64,000 nt of DNA from Eledone cirrhosa (Eukaryota): the NCBI GenBank assembly GCA_964016885.1, contig OZ024743.1:63674001-63738000 (forward strand). Direction: 5' to 3'. Position numbers and translations under genes: made by a program. The notes under the pieces are model-generated. The model was not told the DNA's origin. It was given only the letters and a program-made list of their open reading frames with translations, and ran no database searches. Shown here one piece after another: positions 1-11,038 of the stretch (the stretch's first letter is position 1; every line of letters begins with the position of its first letter).

Positions 1-2470
1 TTCCCATGGGCAGCCGGTCTTGAACTCCTCTGTTATAGCCTGAAGGGCAATAATAAATAGTAGGGGGCTGAGAACAGAGCCCTGATGGACGCCAACTTTT
101 ACGCTAAACTCTTCACTATATTCGTTGTTAATTCTAACCTTGCTGACTGTTTCTTTATACATGGCTTGTATAGCTCTCACAAGCCATTCGTCAACGCCTA
201 GTTTTCTAAGAGCCCACCAGATAATGGAGCGGGGGACTCTGTCGAAGGCTTTCTCCAAGTCGACAAAAGCTAAGTAGAGGGGTTTACCTTTAGCTAGGTA
301 CTTCTCCTGTAGTTGTCGTACAATGAAAAGAGCGTCTGTGGTACTTTTGCCTGACACAAACCCGAACTGCATTTCATCTAGGTCAATTCTCTCTCTGATT
401 AGTTGTGCTATTACTTTTTCCGTGACCTTCATGACCTGATCGATTAATTTAATGCCTCTATAGTTACTCCTATCTAGGGCGTCTCCTTTACCCTTATAAC
501 AGTTAACGATGATGCTGCTATGCCAGTCCTTCGGAACAACCCCATTCTGTACGACTTGGTTAACTATGCGGGTGACCATGGTGTGTCCCACCGTGCCAGA
601 TGCCTTCAGCATCTCAGCAACTATTTCCGAAGGCCCAGCCGCCTTACCCGTCTTCATATCCTTGATTGCCTTACTTATTATACTCCCCTCGACTAACACT
701 GCTGGTCCCTCTATTGGGTCGATATGGGGGAGACTGTCTTTCTCTCATTTATTCTCCTCATTTAGTAGCCTTTCATAGTGACACTTCCAAGCTACCTTCT
801 TATCAGCGTCGGTGATGGCAAGTATGCCATCATCGTTAAGTACACACTTCTCCCCGACAATATCACGGTTTTCCTTGACGCATTGCCTAGCAATCCTGAA
901 CACCTCACGTTTTTGGTCCTCGCGTTGTATAACATGCTTGAACTTTCTTTCCTCAGCTTCCCTTCTTGCTAAGTACACTTATCTCCTAGCTTCCCTCCTG
1001 GCCACTTGATAGTCTTCTCTACTTCCCCCATCCCGCCATACTTTCCAAGCCTGCTTTTTGGCCTTAATTGACCCCTCCACCTTACTGTTCCACCACCATG
1101 TTACTCTCCTCCTGCCTACAGGCCTGCTCCAGCCACAGACTTCGTCTGTCGCCATCAGCAGGTTTGCTTTCAGAAATTCCCACTGTCCCTCTATATTGTC
1201 CAACTCTAAATGTTCTTCCTTACTGTCGAAAGCATCAAGTAATATGCTTTGAAATTTATTTCTGGCTGTGGGGTCCTTTAGCTTCCATATTTTTCTCCTG
1301 AGGATAGTCCTCTTCTGCTGTCGAGTACGTCTCGTCCTGACTATGAGGTCGCTAATTATCAGTCTATGTTGGGAGGTGCATTCTTCATGGGGGAGGGATT
1401 TAGTGTTTACAACAGACACTCTGTCACGTCTTCTGGTAAGGATATAATCTACCTGGCTTGTGTGTTCCCCGGATCTATAGGTGATCAGGTGATTGTCACG
1501 TTTTTTGAAGTTAGTGTTACAGATAGTTAGGTTATTTGCATCACAGAATTCCAGGATTCTGGAGCCTTCCTCATTTCTAGTACCAAACCCATAGCCTCCA
1601 TGGATTTCGTCGTAGCCGTCACAATGTTGTCCAACGTGACCGTTTAGGTCGCCTGCAATAATTATATAGTCACTGTCGGTTATTTGGGAGGTAGTGAGCA
1701 TCAGTGTCTCATAGAATCTGTCTTTTATCGTGCTGGGCAGTCCGGATTGGGGTGCGTACGCGGATATTACTGTCACCGTAGTTCTATTGAGGACAAGTCT
1801 TATTTTAATTATTCTGTCGTTCACTCTATTTACGTCTATTATCTTATCTGCCCACTTTTCTGCTACCATGATTCCTACTCCACCCAGCCCATTGTCGTTT
1901 CCCACCCAGAAAAGCTTATAGCATCGTTTTCTACCCACAATGTATCTAGCAGATCCACCCCTCCACCTGGTCTCTTGAATACAACAAACATCGACCTCCT
2001 TACGTTCAAGCATTTCTACAACCTCGTTAGAGCGACCCTTTAAGGTGCCTACATTCAAGGTACCAAATCTGAAGTTTTGGATTGCGTTTGGGGGGTTGGA
2101 AAGGTGGGGAGCGGGGGGAGATGGGGTTATGTTAGCCATCCGCGGCCGAAACAAAGAGGCATGCTCGCATTTTCGTCCTCGAGGTGTGATTGTCTTTAAC
2201 TTTGGCATTGTCGCTGAGCGTCCAGATTTTTCTCTCTTCAACTCTCCGGAACTCCGTAGTCCTTCCATCCTACATATCGAAGGCGACCAGGTAAGCGATA
2301 GTATAGGCCTTTGGCTTATGATTGGTCCACGTAATAATAATGGTGATATGTGGGGGCGGGAGGGAGGGGTGTTGAGTTGTTAGCGAGAAGATATGTTTAA
2401 GTGAGAACCCCGTATTAACGAACAAAAATACAAGATTTGTTTAGTAAATATACGTCAAAAACTTCCGTAT
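1..2470 (-). mobile_element. RTE-clade non-LTR retrotransposon (family A), 5' part with 5'UTR, APE endonuclease and RT; runs off the left edge of the window
   Basis: ORF 979-2268 has APE motifs (GTLNVGTL, CCIQETRW, SAYAPQ, GDLNGHVG, VDYIL, SQHRL). After a frameshift near 979 and a TGA stop near 745, the minus strand reads RT: NYRGIKL, QFGF, FVDLEKAFDRVPR, GVHQGSVLSPLLF. Confidence 0.95.
979..2268 (-). pseudogene. APE (exonuclease-endonuclease-phosphatase) domain of the RTE ORF, disrupted downstream
   Basis: 429-aa ORF with canonical APE motifs. Continuity with the RT requires a frameshift. Confidence 0.9.
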
Positions 2471-2494
2471 TTTTACAAGCATGACAGAAATACA

Positions 2495-2496
<2 letters not shown>

Positions 2497-2558
<62 letters not shown>

Positions 2559-2598
2559 TAGCATGGAAAATGGACGTTAAATGATGATGATGATGATG

Positions 2599-2636
<38 letters not shown>
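2497..2636. repeat. (TA)n microsatellites flanking an RTE 3'-tail remnant with (GAT)n
   Basis: Direct reading. The segment ctagcatggaaaatggacgttaaa(tga)n matches other RTE tails in the window. Confidence 0.85.
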
Positions 2637-2639
<3 letters not shown>

Positions 2640-2640
<1 letters not shown>

Positions 2641-3400
2641 CTTGAAAGGCAGGCTGTATGATGCCTGCATATGAACAGCAATATTACATGGCAGTGAGAC
2701 TTGGGCATTGTGTGCAGAGGAGATATGCAGACTGGAGAGGAACGAAGCTTGCATGCTCCGCTGGATGTGTAATAATAATATACGTGAACGGCAAAGCAGA
2801 AAAGAACTAAGGGAGAAATTAGGAATAAGAGGGATCAGATGTTGTTTACACGAGAGAAGACTACGTTGGTACTGTCACGTGATGTGCATGAAAAACGACA
2901 GCTGTATAAAAAAGTGCAGGGCGATCAAAATAGACGGTAGCCACGGAGTAGGCAGACCCAGAAAAACCTGGGACGACTTGATAAATTCTGACCTCACACA
3001 CTTACACCTCTCCAAGACAATGTCACTGGACCGAGATCTTTGGCGCTACACAGTAATACAGAAAACCCGCCTTGCCTAAGCACAAAGCGAAATCTAGAGT
3101 CAGTAGGCACCTCTAACAAAAACACCCCCCGTCCCACTACCCCCAACCCATCCGCACCACCCCTTTCAATGTAAAGTTATGTTGGTACCACAACATCCAG
3201 TCCGAAACAAATGAGGTCGTGTAGGTGTCACCTCCCAGTTCCACACTGTAAACGTGGTTGGTGTTAGGAAGGGCATCCAGCCGTAGAAAACCCGCCAGAC
3301 AGTCCTATACGAGCAAAACAACCAATCTTGCCTCAAGTGGGAAAATTCCCGTCCAAACCCATGCAAGCGTGGAAGTTAAACGATGATGATGATGATGATA
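2640..3400 (+). mobile_element. RTE family A, 5'-truncated 3' fragment with 3'UTR and (GAT)n tail
   Basis: Translation LHGSETWAL...RRLRWYCHV...GRPRKTW, then a 3'UTR ending in gatgatgat at ~3382-3398. Confidence 0.92.
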
Positions 3401-3420
3401 TATATAATATATATATATAT

Positions 3421-3760
3421 GGAGGCACATGGCTTAGTGGTTAGAGCATTGGCCTTGCAATCGAAAGGTTGTGAGTTCAATTCTCAGACTGGGTGATGTG
3501 TTGTTTCCTTGAGCAAGACACTTTATTTCACATTGCTCCAGTTTACTCACCTGTAGAAATGAGATGATAGGACTGGGGTCCCTATCATTCCACTGCAAAG
3601 TGGTCGTAGAGGTGTCACGGCAAAAAAGCACCCAGCACTCACTGTAAATGAGGTTGGTGTTAGGAAGGGCATCCAGCTGTAGAAATCAAGCCAGAATCAA
3701 TTCCCGTCCCACCCTTGCAAGCAGGGAAAAGCGGACGTAAAATGATGATGATGATGAAGA
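3421..3760 (+). mobile_element. tRNA-derived SINE with CORE-like domain and RTE-type 3' tail
   Basis: A box tggcttagtgg, B box gagttcaattc, CORE-like ccttgagcaagacacttt, and tail cccacccttgcaagcagggaaaagcggacgtaaaa(tga)n. Near-identical copy at 9761-10090. Confidence 0.85.
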
Positions 3761-3932
3761 TGATACACACATATATATATACACATCATCATTGCTTAAT
3801 GTCCTATATATATATATGTGTGCGTATATATATATATAAATGAAGTATTTCCCTAGGAAAGGTAAAGGAAAAGAGAGTGCTCTATGTAGGCTACAGAGCT
3901 TTTTAGTTATGTAATAAACAACATAAGATAAT

Positions 3933-3999
3933 TATTTCATTTACCAGTGGTTTCTTGAAGACAAATACTTATGTCTGTCTTCAATCATCAGAAGAAATA
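3933..3999 (-). ncRNA. Type I hammerhead ribozyme motif
   Basis: Minus strand TATTTCTT-CTGATGA-TTGAAGACA(12 nt)TGTCTTCAA-GAAA-CC(ACT)GG-TA-AATGAAATA. All core nucleotides present, stems I, II and III pair, GUA triplet. Confidence 0.8.
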
Positions 4000-4206
4000 T
4001 TTATTGAATAGTAATATGGATTTCAAAACAGAGTTTAGGATAAATGAAAGTGAGGCTGAAATAAAATAACAGGCAATAATTGAGGGGAAAAATATATAAA
4101 TAAATATCTAAATACATAAACATACACAACCTCACGCATATACGTAATAGTACGTAAACATATACATTCACACATAAGTATATGTGCGTCTGCATGGAAA
4201 ATTTTC

Positions 4207-4255
<49 letters not shown>

Positions 4256-4411
4256 AAATTTTTGCTCTACATGGCTGAATACAATAAATGTAATCTGAGT
4301 TTTTCGAATATTAATAATAGCATTCGATTCGTTTGCAATTATGCAAACAAGCCTCAATTTTATAGCCTTGTCAGTAGAATGAACACTTCATTTTTGCTCT
4401 TGTATTGGCAT

Positions 4412-4477
4412 GTGAACAGAACTGCAGACAGTAATGTTTCTGGGTATCACCCTTCATCAGTACAGCTCACTGTTCAC
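4412..4477 (-). ncRNA. Type I hammerhead ribozyme (left arm of the foldback)
   Basis: Exact reverse complement of 4697-4762. Confidence 0.85.
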
Positions 4478-4696
4478 CTGACAAACTGTCAGAACTAGTG
4501 AAAATATATGCTATTTTCAGAAATACACAGTGACTGATCGGCCTGATTTGCATATTAGCAAACTGGCTGTTCAGTGGATCTGCTAATATGCAGATCTGAC
4601 TGATCAGCCAGTCTGCTATTATGCAAATCAGGCTGATCAGTCATTGTGTATTTTTGAAAATAGCATATATTTTCACTAGTTCTGACAGTTTGTCAG

Positions 4697-4762
4697 GTGA
4701 ACAGTGAGCTGTACTGATGAAGGGTGATACCCAGAAACATTACTGTCTGCAGTTCTGTTCAC
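4697..4762 (+). ncRNA. Type I hammerhead ribozyme (right arm of the foldback)
   Basis: GTGAACAG-T-GAGCTGTA-CTGATGA-A-GGG(TGATA)CCC-A-GAAA-C(ATTACT)G-TC-TGCAGTTCTGTTCAC. Long bulged stem I, GUC triplet at 4745-4747. Confidence 0.85.
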
Positions 4763-5191
4763 ATGCCAATACAAGAGCAAAAATGAAGTGTTCATTCTAC
4801 TGACATGGCTATAAAATTGAGGGTTGTTTGCATAATTGCAAACGAATTGAATGTTGTTATTAATATTCGAAAAACTCAGATTATATATATATATATATAT
4901 ATCATAATAATGATACTATTTATAGTTATGTATATAGTATAAATAACTATAAACAGGAAAGGTCAGTAATTTATTACTACCTTATTAGCAGTAAGAGAAA
5001 TAGCTCAATGTCAGAACAACAGGTGTTTTACAGAGCAGGAATACAAATTACACAATTATGAAAGTTATGTTCAAATAATTTTCTTGCTGACAATCGTTTC
5101 TTCCAAGCTTTCGTTTGGTGTCATAGGAGCATTAGCAATTTTTGTACATATAATTAACCTCCTATTCAACTGAACAATTATATAGATACAT

Positions 5192-5825
5192 ACAGGGTGT
5201 GGACGATATTTGTTCGCACTTTTTCAACTGCTTATTTTATGCAAATTTTTTTTACTTCCGTTGTCACTCTTGTCTTCATAAAAACAGTGACTATATTTCC
5301 ATTATTTATTTTCAGAATAATTGATTATGAATAATTTTGAACATCCAAATTTGTGGAAGAGACACGGAGTTCTTCTTAGAATCTGCGCCGGGAGGACAAA
5401 TAAGGAAATTTCAGACTTTCTCAGCATCAGCAGGAGAATGGTGGAAAAGGTCAGAAAGGAATTGGAAGATTCAGGATTCGACTACGAAGCAACATCAGAG
5501 AAGAAAACACATGATCGACGATCTGACACCTTCAGAACGCCTGAGTTCTTCCCTGAGGGCCTCAAGCTGAACACCGATGGCTACATCCGCGTTCTGAGCG
5601 AGGTAGTAAAGCCTTGGATCGACCAGGTAGCTGCAGGTAGGCTGTACATGTGGCAGCAAGACTCAGTGCCCTGCCATACCAGCCGAAAGACCCAAGCCTG
5701 GCTGTCAGAGATCTTCGTTGACCACACTTCACCTGACATCTGGCCTCCCAGCTCGCCTGACTGTAACCCCCTCGACTTCTTTGTGTGGGGCGCAGTGGAA
5801 CGAGACACCAACAGATCTAGCTGCA
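5192..5825 (+). mobile_element. Tc1/mariner superfamily, maT (DD37D) transposon; internally deleted and 3'-truncated
   Basis: TA followed by a CAGGGTGT terminus. ORF 5321-5935 has an HTH, then WQQD-x37-D (WPPSSPDCNPLDF). The region carrying the first catalytic D is missing. Confidence 0.88.
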
Positions 5826-5929
5826 TATATATCCTTATCATGATATATATGTGTATATATATATATATATATCTATATATATATACATATGTGTATATAT
5901 ATATGTGTGTGTGTGTGTGTATGTTACGT

Positions 5930-6222
5930 TGGTAACACAAAACATCCAGCCCACTCTATAAGTTGTTGTGTAGGTGTCACGACAAAAAGCACTCAGCCCA
6001 CACAGTAAAGTGGTTGCGTAAAAGAGATGGTAAAAAGCAACCAGCACACACTGTAAATGTGGTTGGCGCTAGGAAGGGCATCCAGTCGTAGAAAACCAGC
6101 TAGAAATTGTCCTATATGAGCGAGACATGGTCACCCGACCCAACTTGCCTTTAAATGGGACAAACCTGTCTAACCCATGCTAGCATGAAAGATGGACATT
6201 AAACGATGATGATGATGATGAT
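5930..6222 (+). mobile_element. RTE family A 3'UTR/tail fragment
   Basis: ggttggcgctaggaagggcatccag...taacccatgctagcatg...(gat)n. Similar 3'UTR-only fragments at ~6370-6780(-), 9240-9420(+), 9441-9745(-), 11390-11520(+), 20380-20530(+), 31380-31680(+), 31690-32020(-), 36900-37200(-) and 50615-51130(-). Confidence 0.75.
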
Positions 6223-7349
6223 CCCGCAGGCTGTCTAAAATCACCCTCTTCACCAAGCAAGCTTGGTGGGGTTGCTGGTTTAGTCACAGATGACCCAACC
6301 ATACTCAGGTTGTACTGAGTTATATGTTACCAGTAGCGCTGACATGACATAAGATACATACATACATACATACATGTTCATTTTCCCTGCTGGAAACGGT
6401 TGGACATGTCATCATAGACTGGTCAGCACTCAAGCAGAGTTTCTAACCTCCAGGTGAGCTGGGGTCCATGATACGAATAGAGTGCATTTTATCATGGCAA
6501 CAGCAACAGGGAACTTCTCGTGTTTTTGGCAGAGCTGAAGAATTTTCTAGACTCTTTATTTGGTAACTTTTCTATGATTGGATGCCCATTCTATCATCAA
6601 ACATTTTACAGTGTACTGGGAGCATTTATTGTGTAGTTCGCTAACATTAGAGAGGTTGCTGTGTCCCTGACACAACTAAGAGTCCTCTTTTGCATGGTTT
6701 CTACAACAGAGTGCCTTTACTATTGCCAACCACCTTATAGGGTGTACTGGGTGCATTTTTTGTGACACTGTCACTAGTTAGATTGAGGTCATTAACTCAA
6801 CTGAAGAACCCCCCCCCCCCCCCCCGCTATACCATGGATAGGGGTGGAGAGTTGTCAAGTGTGGAGGGATTTGACAGGATGAAGGATGGTGAAAACCAAT
6901 GAGAAATGGCACAGTGACATTAAAGAGAACAGAAAAACTGAGACAAAGTAGAGGAGAAAATTGACATGGGACAATAAATAAATGAAAAAATGAAAATAAG
7001 GAAAACAACATGAAACTTTCATCTTCAACTGTTCCTCCATTGAATACAGTTTTGCATACTTCTATACAGGACAATGTCACAATGGAAGGCAACAGTGCTA
7101 ACTCTAACATTGATAGAGAAATAAACTATATGAACATATAACATTAACAGAAAGTAAACCATATCTGAGTGAGAAATGAAGTCATCAAAACACGAGTAAA
7201 TAACAAACAATAATGTACAAATATACAATGAATAACCATACATGTATGGTCTAACATGAAAACAAGTAAAATAAACAGGACTAAGAGAAAAATTATATAG
7301 GCAGACAGATAATACTACATGTCTGACAGGACAGAGAGACATAATTTCC

Positions 7350-8576
7350 TCTTCCTCCCCCTCCTTCTCATTCTTCTTTTTCTGGGAGGATCCTGGGGGC
7401 ACAGTCCTCAGAAGCAAGTGGGTCTGTCAGAAGCAACCATCTCCAATTGATCTGGCTGGATCTCCCAAAAAGACCAACCAAGTTCATGGTTGTTATCCAA
7501 CAATCTTCCTCATGGTCTACCTCTGGGTCTCCTACTAGTTAGCTTTGATTGTAAAATCTGTCCACCAATTCTTTTCTTAGACATTCTAGCCACATGACTG
7601 TTAGAAGTTGCAGCTCTACCTGAAACTACACACCCTATCAAGTAACGTTATTCCAAAAGCCTTCAGAGGAACCCTATTTTGACTGCTTGTATTCATGATC
7701 ATAATCTTTTGGTCATTACCCAAGATTCATAAACATAGGTAAGGGTAGGCATAAACACCAAATCAAAGAGAGGAAGTTTGACTTTTACACTTACTTCCCT
7801 TCTTCTCATGACCACGTACTGAAGATGACACATTACTGCATGAGCTCCTGCAATTCATGCATTTAATTCATCCTCCTGCCTTCCATCACTCATATAAACA
7901 GCTCCAGGATACTTGAACTTCTCTACCTGCTTCAGTGGAACTCTTCTCATGGGTAGACGAGTCTGCTTATTAAGCTTCCCGGTAATGTCTAAGGTAAGTG
8001 CCTGACAAAGTGATGTAGGGATATTGTCAAGTCCAAGCTAGCTGATGAGCACTGTGGTTTTCACTCCAGATGCAGCACAGCTGATCCTATATTCATACTG
8101 TGGCGCAGGTCTTTAAGAAATTGTGGGAGTATTGCCAAGAAGTGTATGCTTGTTTCGTTAGACCTTGAAAAAGCATATGACTACATTCCACAGGACTTAT
8201 TGTAGAAGGTTCTGCAGGAGTATGGGATTGATGGACAGCTTCTTGTTGCCTTAAAGTTCCTATAAGAATACCTTAGTATTCATATAGGGACTTTATGTTT
8301 TGAATAAATGGTGCTAAGTCAAAACCATTCAATATGGGTGTCATACTCTGCCAAAAGTGCATACTGTCACCTCTTCTGTTCATACTCTTAATGAACAGGA
8401 TTAACATGCAAGCTGGGTTAGAAAGGGTATAAAGACCTGCCAGTGTAGAATCAGTAGGCTGGAATTTGCAGATGACATGGTACTACTTAACTCATCGGAA
8501 GGTGATCTTGAACATGTACTGGATAGGTTTTCTGCCGAGTGCTGCATGGCAGGAACAAAAATCAGCGCTGTGAAGA
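7350..8576. mobile_element. RTE family B (no PHD insert) copy with 5' inversion: 3' part on the minus strand (~7350-7945), RT part on the plus strand (~7950-8576)
   Basis: Plus: DLEKAYDYIP...FADDMVL...AECCMAGTKISA. Minus: PLKQVEKFKY...YESWVMT. The two pieces are contiguous in the copy at 35180-35920. Confidence 0.75.
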
Positions 8577-9760
8577 AAATTTCCTCCTCACGTCAAAAAT
8601 ACTTTCATTTGTCTTAAATTTCAAATAACATAAATGAAACATAAATATGAAATAAAACAAAAAGCTGCTAATTAAAGCTGTCAAACCTAAATGAGATGAA
8701 AAGCAAAATCAAAAAAAAAAACAGAAATAATTTTTAACAAAAATGCACAATAAATAAATATCTTCACAAATATACCACACACTGGATAATTCTCATATAT
8801 ATTGTGTCGTTATTTCACTATTAGGAATTTAATGCCTGCTGTTCATAATGTGTTGTTTTCTCAATCATGTATTATTGATTGTTTTAAGAGGTTTCTTGTT
8901 ATTTTGTCAAATCATGAATTTTAGATATAACAAGACTCACATTTTAATGTTCTCTTATGTCTTTTCACTAATTATGTCATTGTTTCTCAAATTGTTTCTT
9001 CCATTACTGAATAATGAAAAATATCTACAGAATATTATTAATTATTAAGTCCTCAATTATTTTGTTCAGTATCCATGTCTGCTGTTTAATTTTTAGGAAA
9101 AAATTTCTTTGTATCGATGTAATTTTGTCTTTCCTTTTTGAGGTTTGTGTGTGTGTATTATGATTATTATATGATCATTGTTTCACGTCCATCTTCCACA
9201 CTATGCATGTTTGTGTGTGTGTATATATATATATTAGTGCTGGTGCTACTATAAAATGCACCCAGTACACACTGGAAAGTGGTTGGCTTTAGGAAAGGTG
9301 TCCAGTCATGGAAACCATACCAAATATGAAATGTAGTAGTCAAAATGTTGCTTTCTGATCAGTCTAGTTTCTTAACAACCTGTCCAACCCATGCCTTCAT
9401 GGTAAGTGGATGTAAAATATACAAGTATATATATATATATCATCATCATCATCAACATCCATTTTCCATGCTAGCATGGGTTAGATGGGTCATCATATTT
9501 GAGGTTAAGTCAAGGTCAGATGACCATGTCTTGCTGATACAGAACAGATTTGGGCTTGGTTTCTACAGCTAGATGCCCTTCCAAACACCAACCTCGTTTA
9601 CAGTGTGGGCTGGGTACTTTTTCTTGTGACACCTACACAACCACCTTACAGTGTGGGCTGGGCCTTTTTTTTTTTGACAGCTACATGACCACCTTACAGT
9701 GTGGGCTAGGTGCTTTTTGTTGTGTTGCCATCATGACCATTACAGTGTGGTATATATATA

Positions 9761-10090
9761 GGCACATGGCTTAGTGGTTAGAGCATTGGCCTTGCAATCG
9801 AAAGGTTGTGAGTTCAATTCTCAGACCAGGTGATGTGTTGTTTCCTTGAGCAAGACACTTTATTTCACATTGCTCTAGTTTACTCAGCTGTAGAAATGAG
9901 ATGATAGGGACTGGGGTCCATATCATTCCACTGCAAAGTGGTTGTGTAGGTGCCATGGCAAAAAAAAAAAAAGCACCCAGCACTCACTGTAAATGAGGTT
10001 GGTGTTAGGAAGGACATCCAGCTGTAGAAATCAAGCCAGAATCAGTTCCCGTCCCACCCTTGCAAGCAGGGAAAAGCGGACGTAAAATGA
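9761..10090 (+). mobile_element. CORE-like tRNA SINE with RTE tail (second copy)
   Basis: Near-identical to 3421-3760. Confidence 0.85.
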
Positions 10091-10106
10091 AATGAATGAA
10101 ATGAAT

Positions 10107-11003
10107 GAAGTAGTAACACGACAGTTAGTTCACCATACCGAGAATAATTGTTTCACCTTATACGGATCTTCAGCTCGGACTGGTAATGGTTATACGGAAC
10201 AGGAAGAACAACCGGAACAACCGGTCACTTCACCCAAACAATACAAAACCATGGGCGAAAGGTGTAAGGGAGATAACTGCGAGTGCCCGGAATAAAATGT
10301 TCAAGTTCATTAGAAAATTAGAATGTTATTGTTATTCAATCCGGAGCTTTGTAGTTATTCAAGAGGTGTTTCTAGACATGTGGACAACGTGAGAAGATTT
10401 CATTTCACGAACCTCAAAGACTCAGGTATAGACTACTCCATTCAATGGAAAGCTATCACTAAGTCCAAGCTATATGCAAGGGGTAATCAGTCTTGTGGAC
10501 TGTGTATTGAAGAAAGGATAAATACTCTAAGGAGATTATGCAATAGCGATTGCCTAAATTCAAGAAATGAAATCTTCTCATGTTGTCCACATGTCTGAAA
10601 ACACCTCTTGCATAACTACAAAGCTCCGGATTAAATAACAACAACGTTCTAATTTTCTAATCAACTGAAACATTTTATTCCGGGCACTCGCAGTTATCTC
10701 CCTTACACCTTTCGCCAATGGTTTTGTATTGCCTGGGTGAAGTGACCATTTCTGCGCATGCGTGTTCATACTGTTGTTCTTCCTGTTCCGTATAACCTTT
10801 ACCAATCCGAACTGAAGATCTGCATAAGGTTTCAACAATTGTTCTCAGTATGGTGAACTAACTGTTGTGTTACTACTTCTACCAAACTCGTCCCATGAAC
10901 TGAGTGCTCTACCACTATGGATATTATCTTCCAGTGTTCTACCTCTCTTTCTCTCTCTCTCTCTCTATATATATATATACATATAGAGGTAGAACACTGG
11001 AAG
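10107..11003 (+). mobile_element. 5'-truncated Penelope-like (Naiad-type) element with inverted pseudo-LTR
   Basis: Inverted arms at 10107-10406 and 10564-10879. The spacer and right arm encode the GIY-YIG C-terminus (DYSIQWK...CGLCIEER...CLNSRNEIFSCCPH). Degenerate hammerheads in both arms. Ends at (CT)n(TA)n. Confidence 0.85.
10138..10178 (-). ncRNA. Minimal type I hammerhead, slightly degenerate
   Basis: CCGAG-CTGAAGA-T-CC(GTATAA)GG-T-GAAA-CAATTA-TT-CTCGG. The right-arm copy (10807-10848, plus) keeps palindromic CAATTG but has lost GAAA. Confidence 0.65.
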
Positions 11004-11005
11004 GT

Positions 11006-11038
<33 letters not shown>

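Larger units (their letters stand above)
4291..4883. repeat. 593-bp near-perfect inverted repeat (foldback), probably an inverted Penelope-like pseudo-LTR pair, between (TA)n tracts
   Basis: Arms of ~293 bp (taatctgagt... / ...actcagatta) with a 6-nt central loop at 4584-4589 and few mismatches. Confidence 0.95.

Noticed and set aside
3421-3495. Functional tRNA gene
   Set aside because: A and B boxes are present but the cloverleaf is imperfect and runs into a SINE body found in multiple copies.
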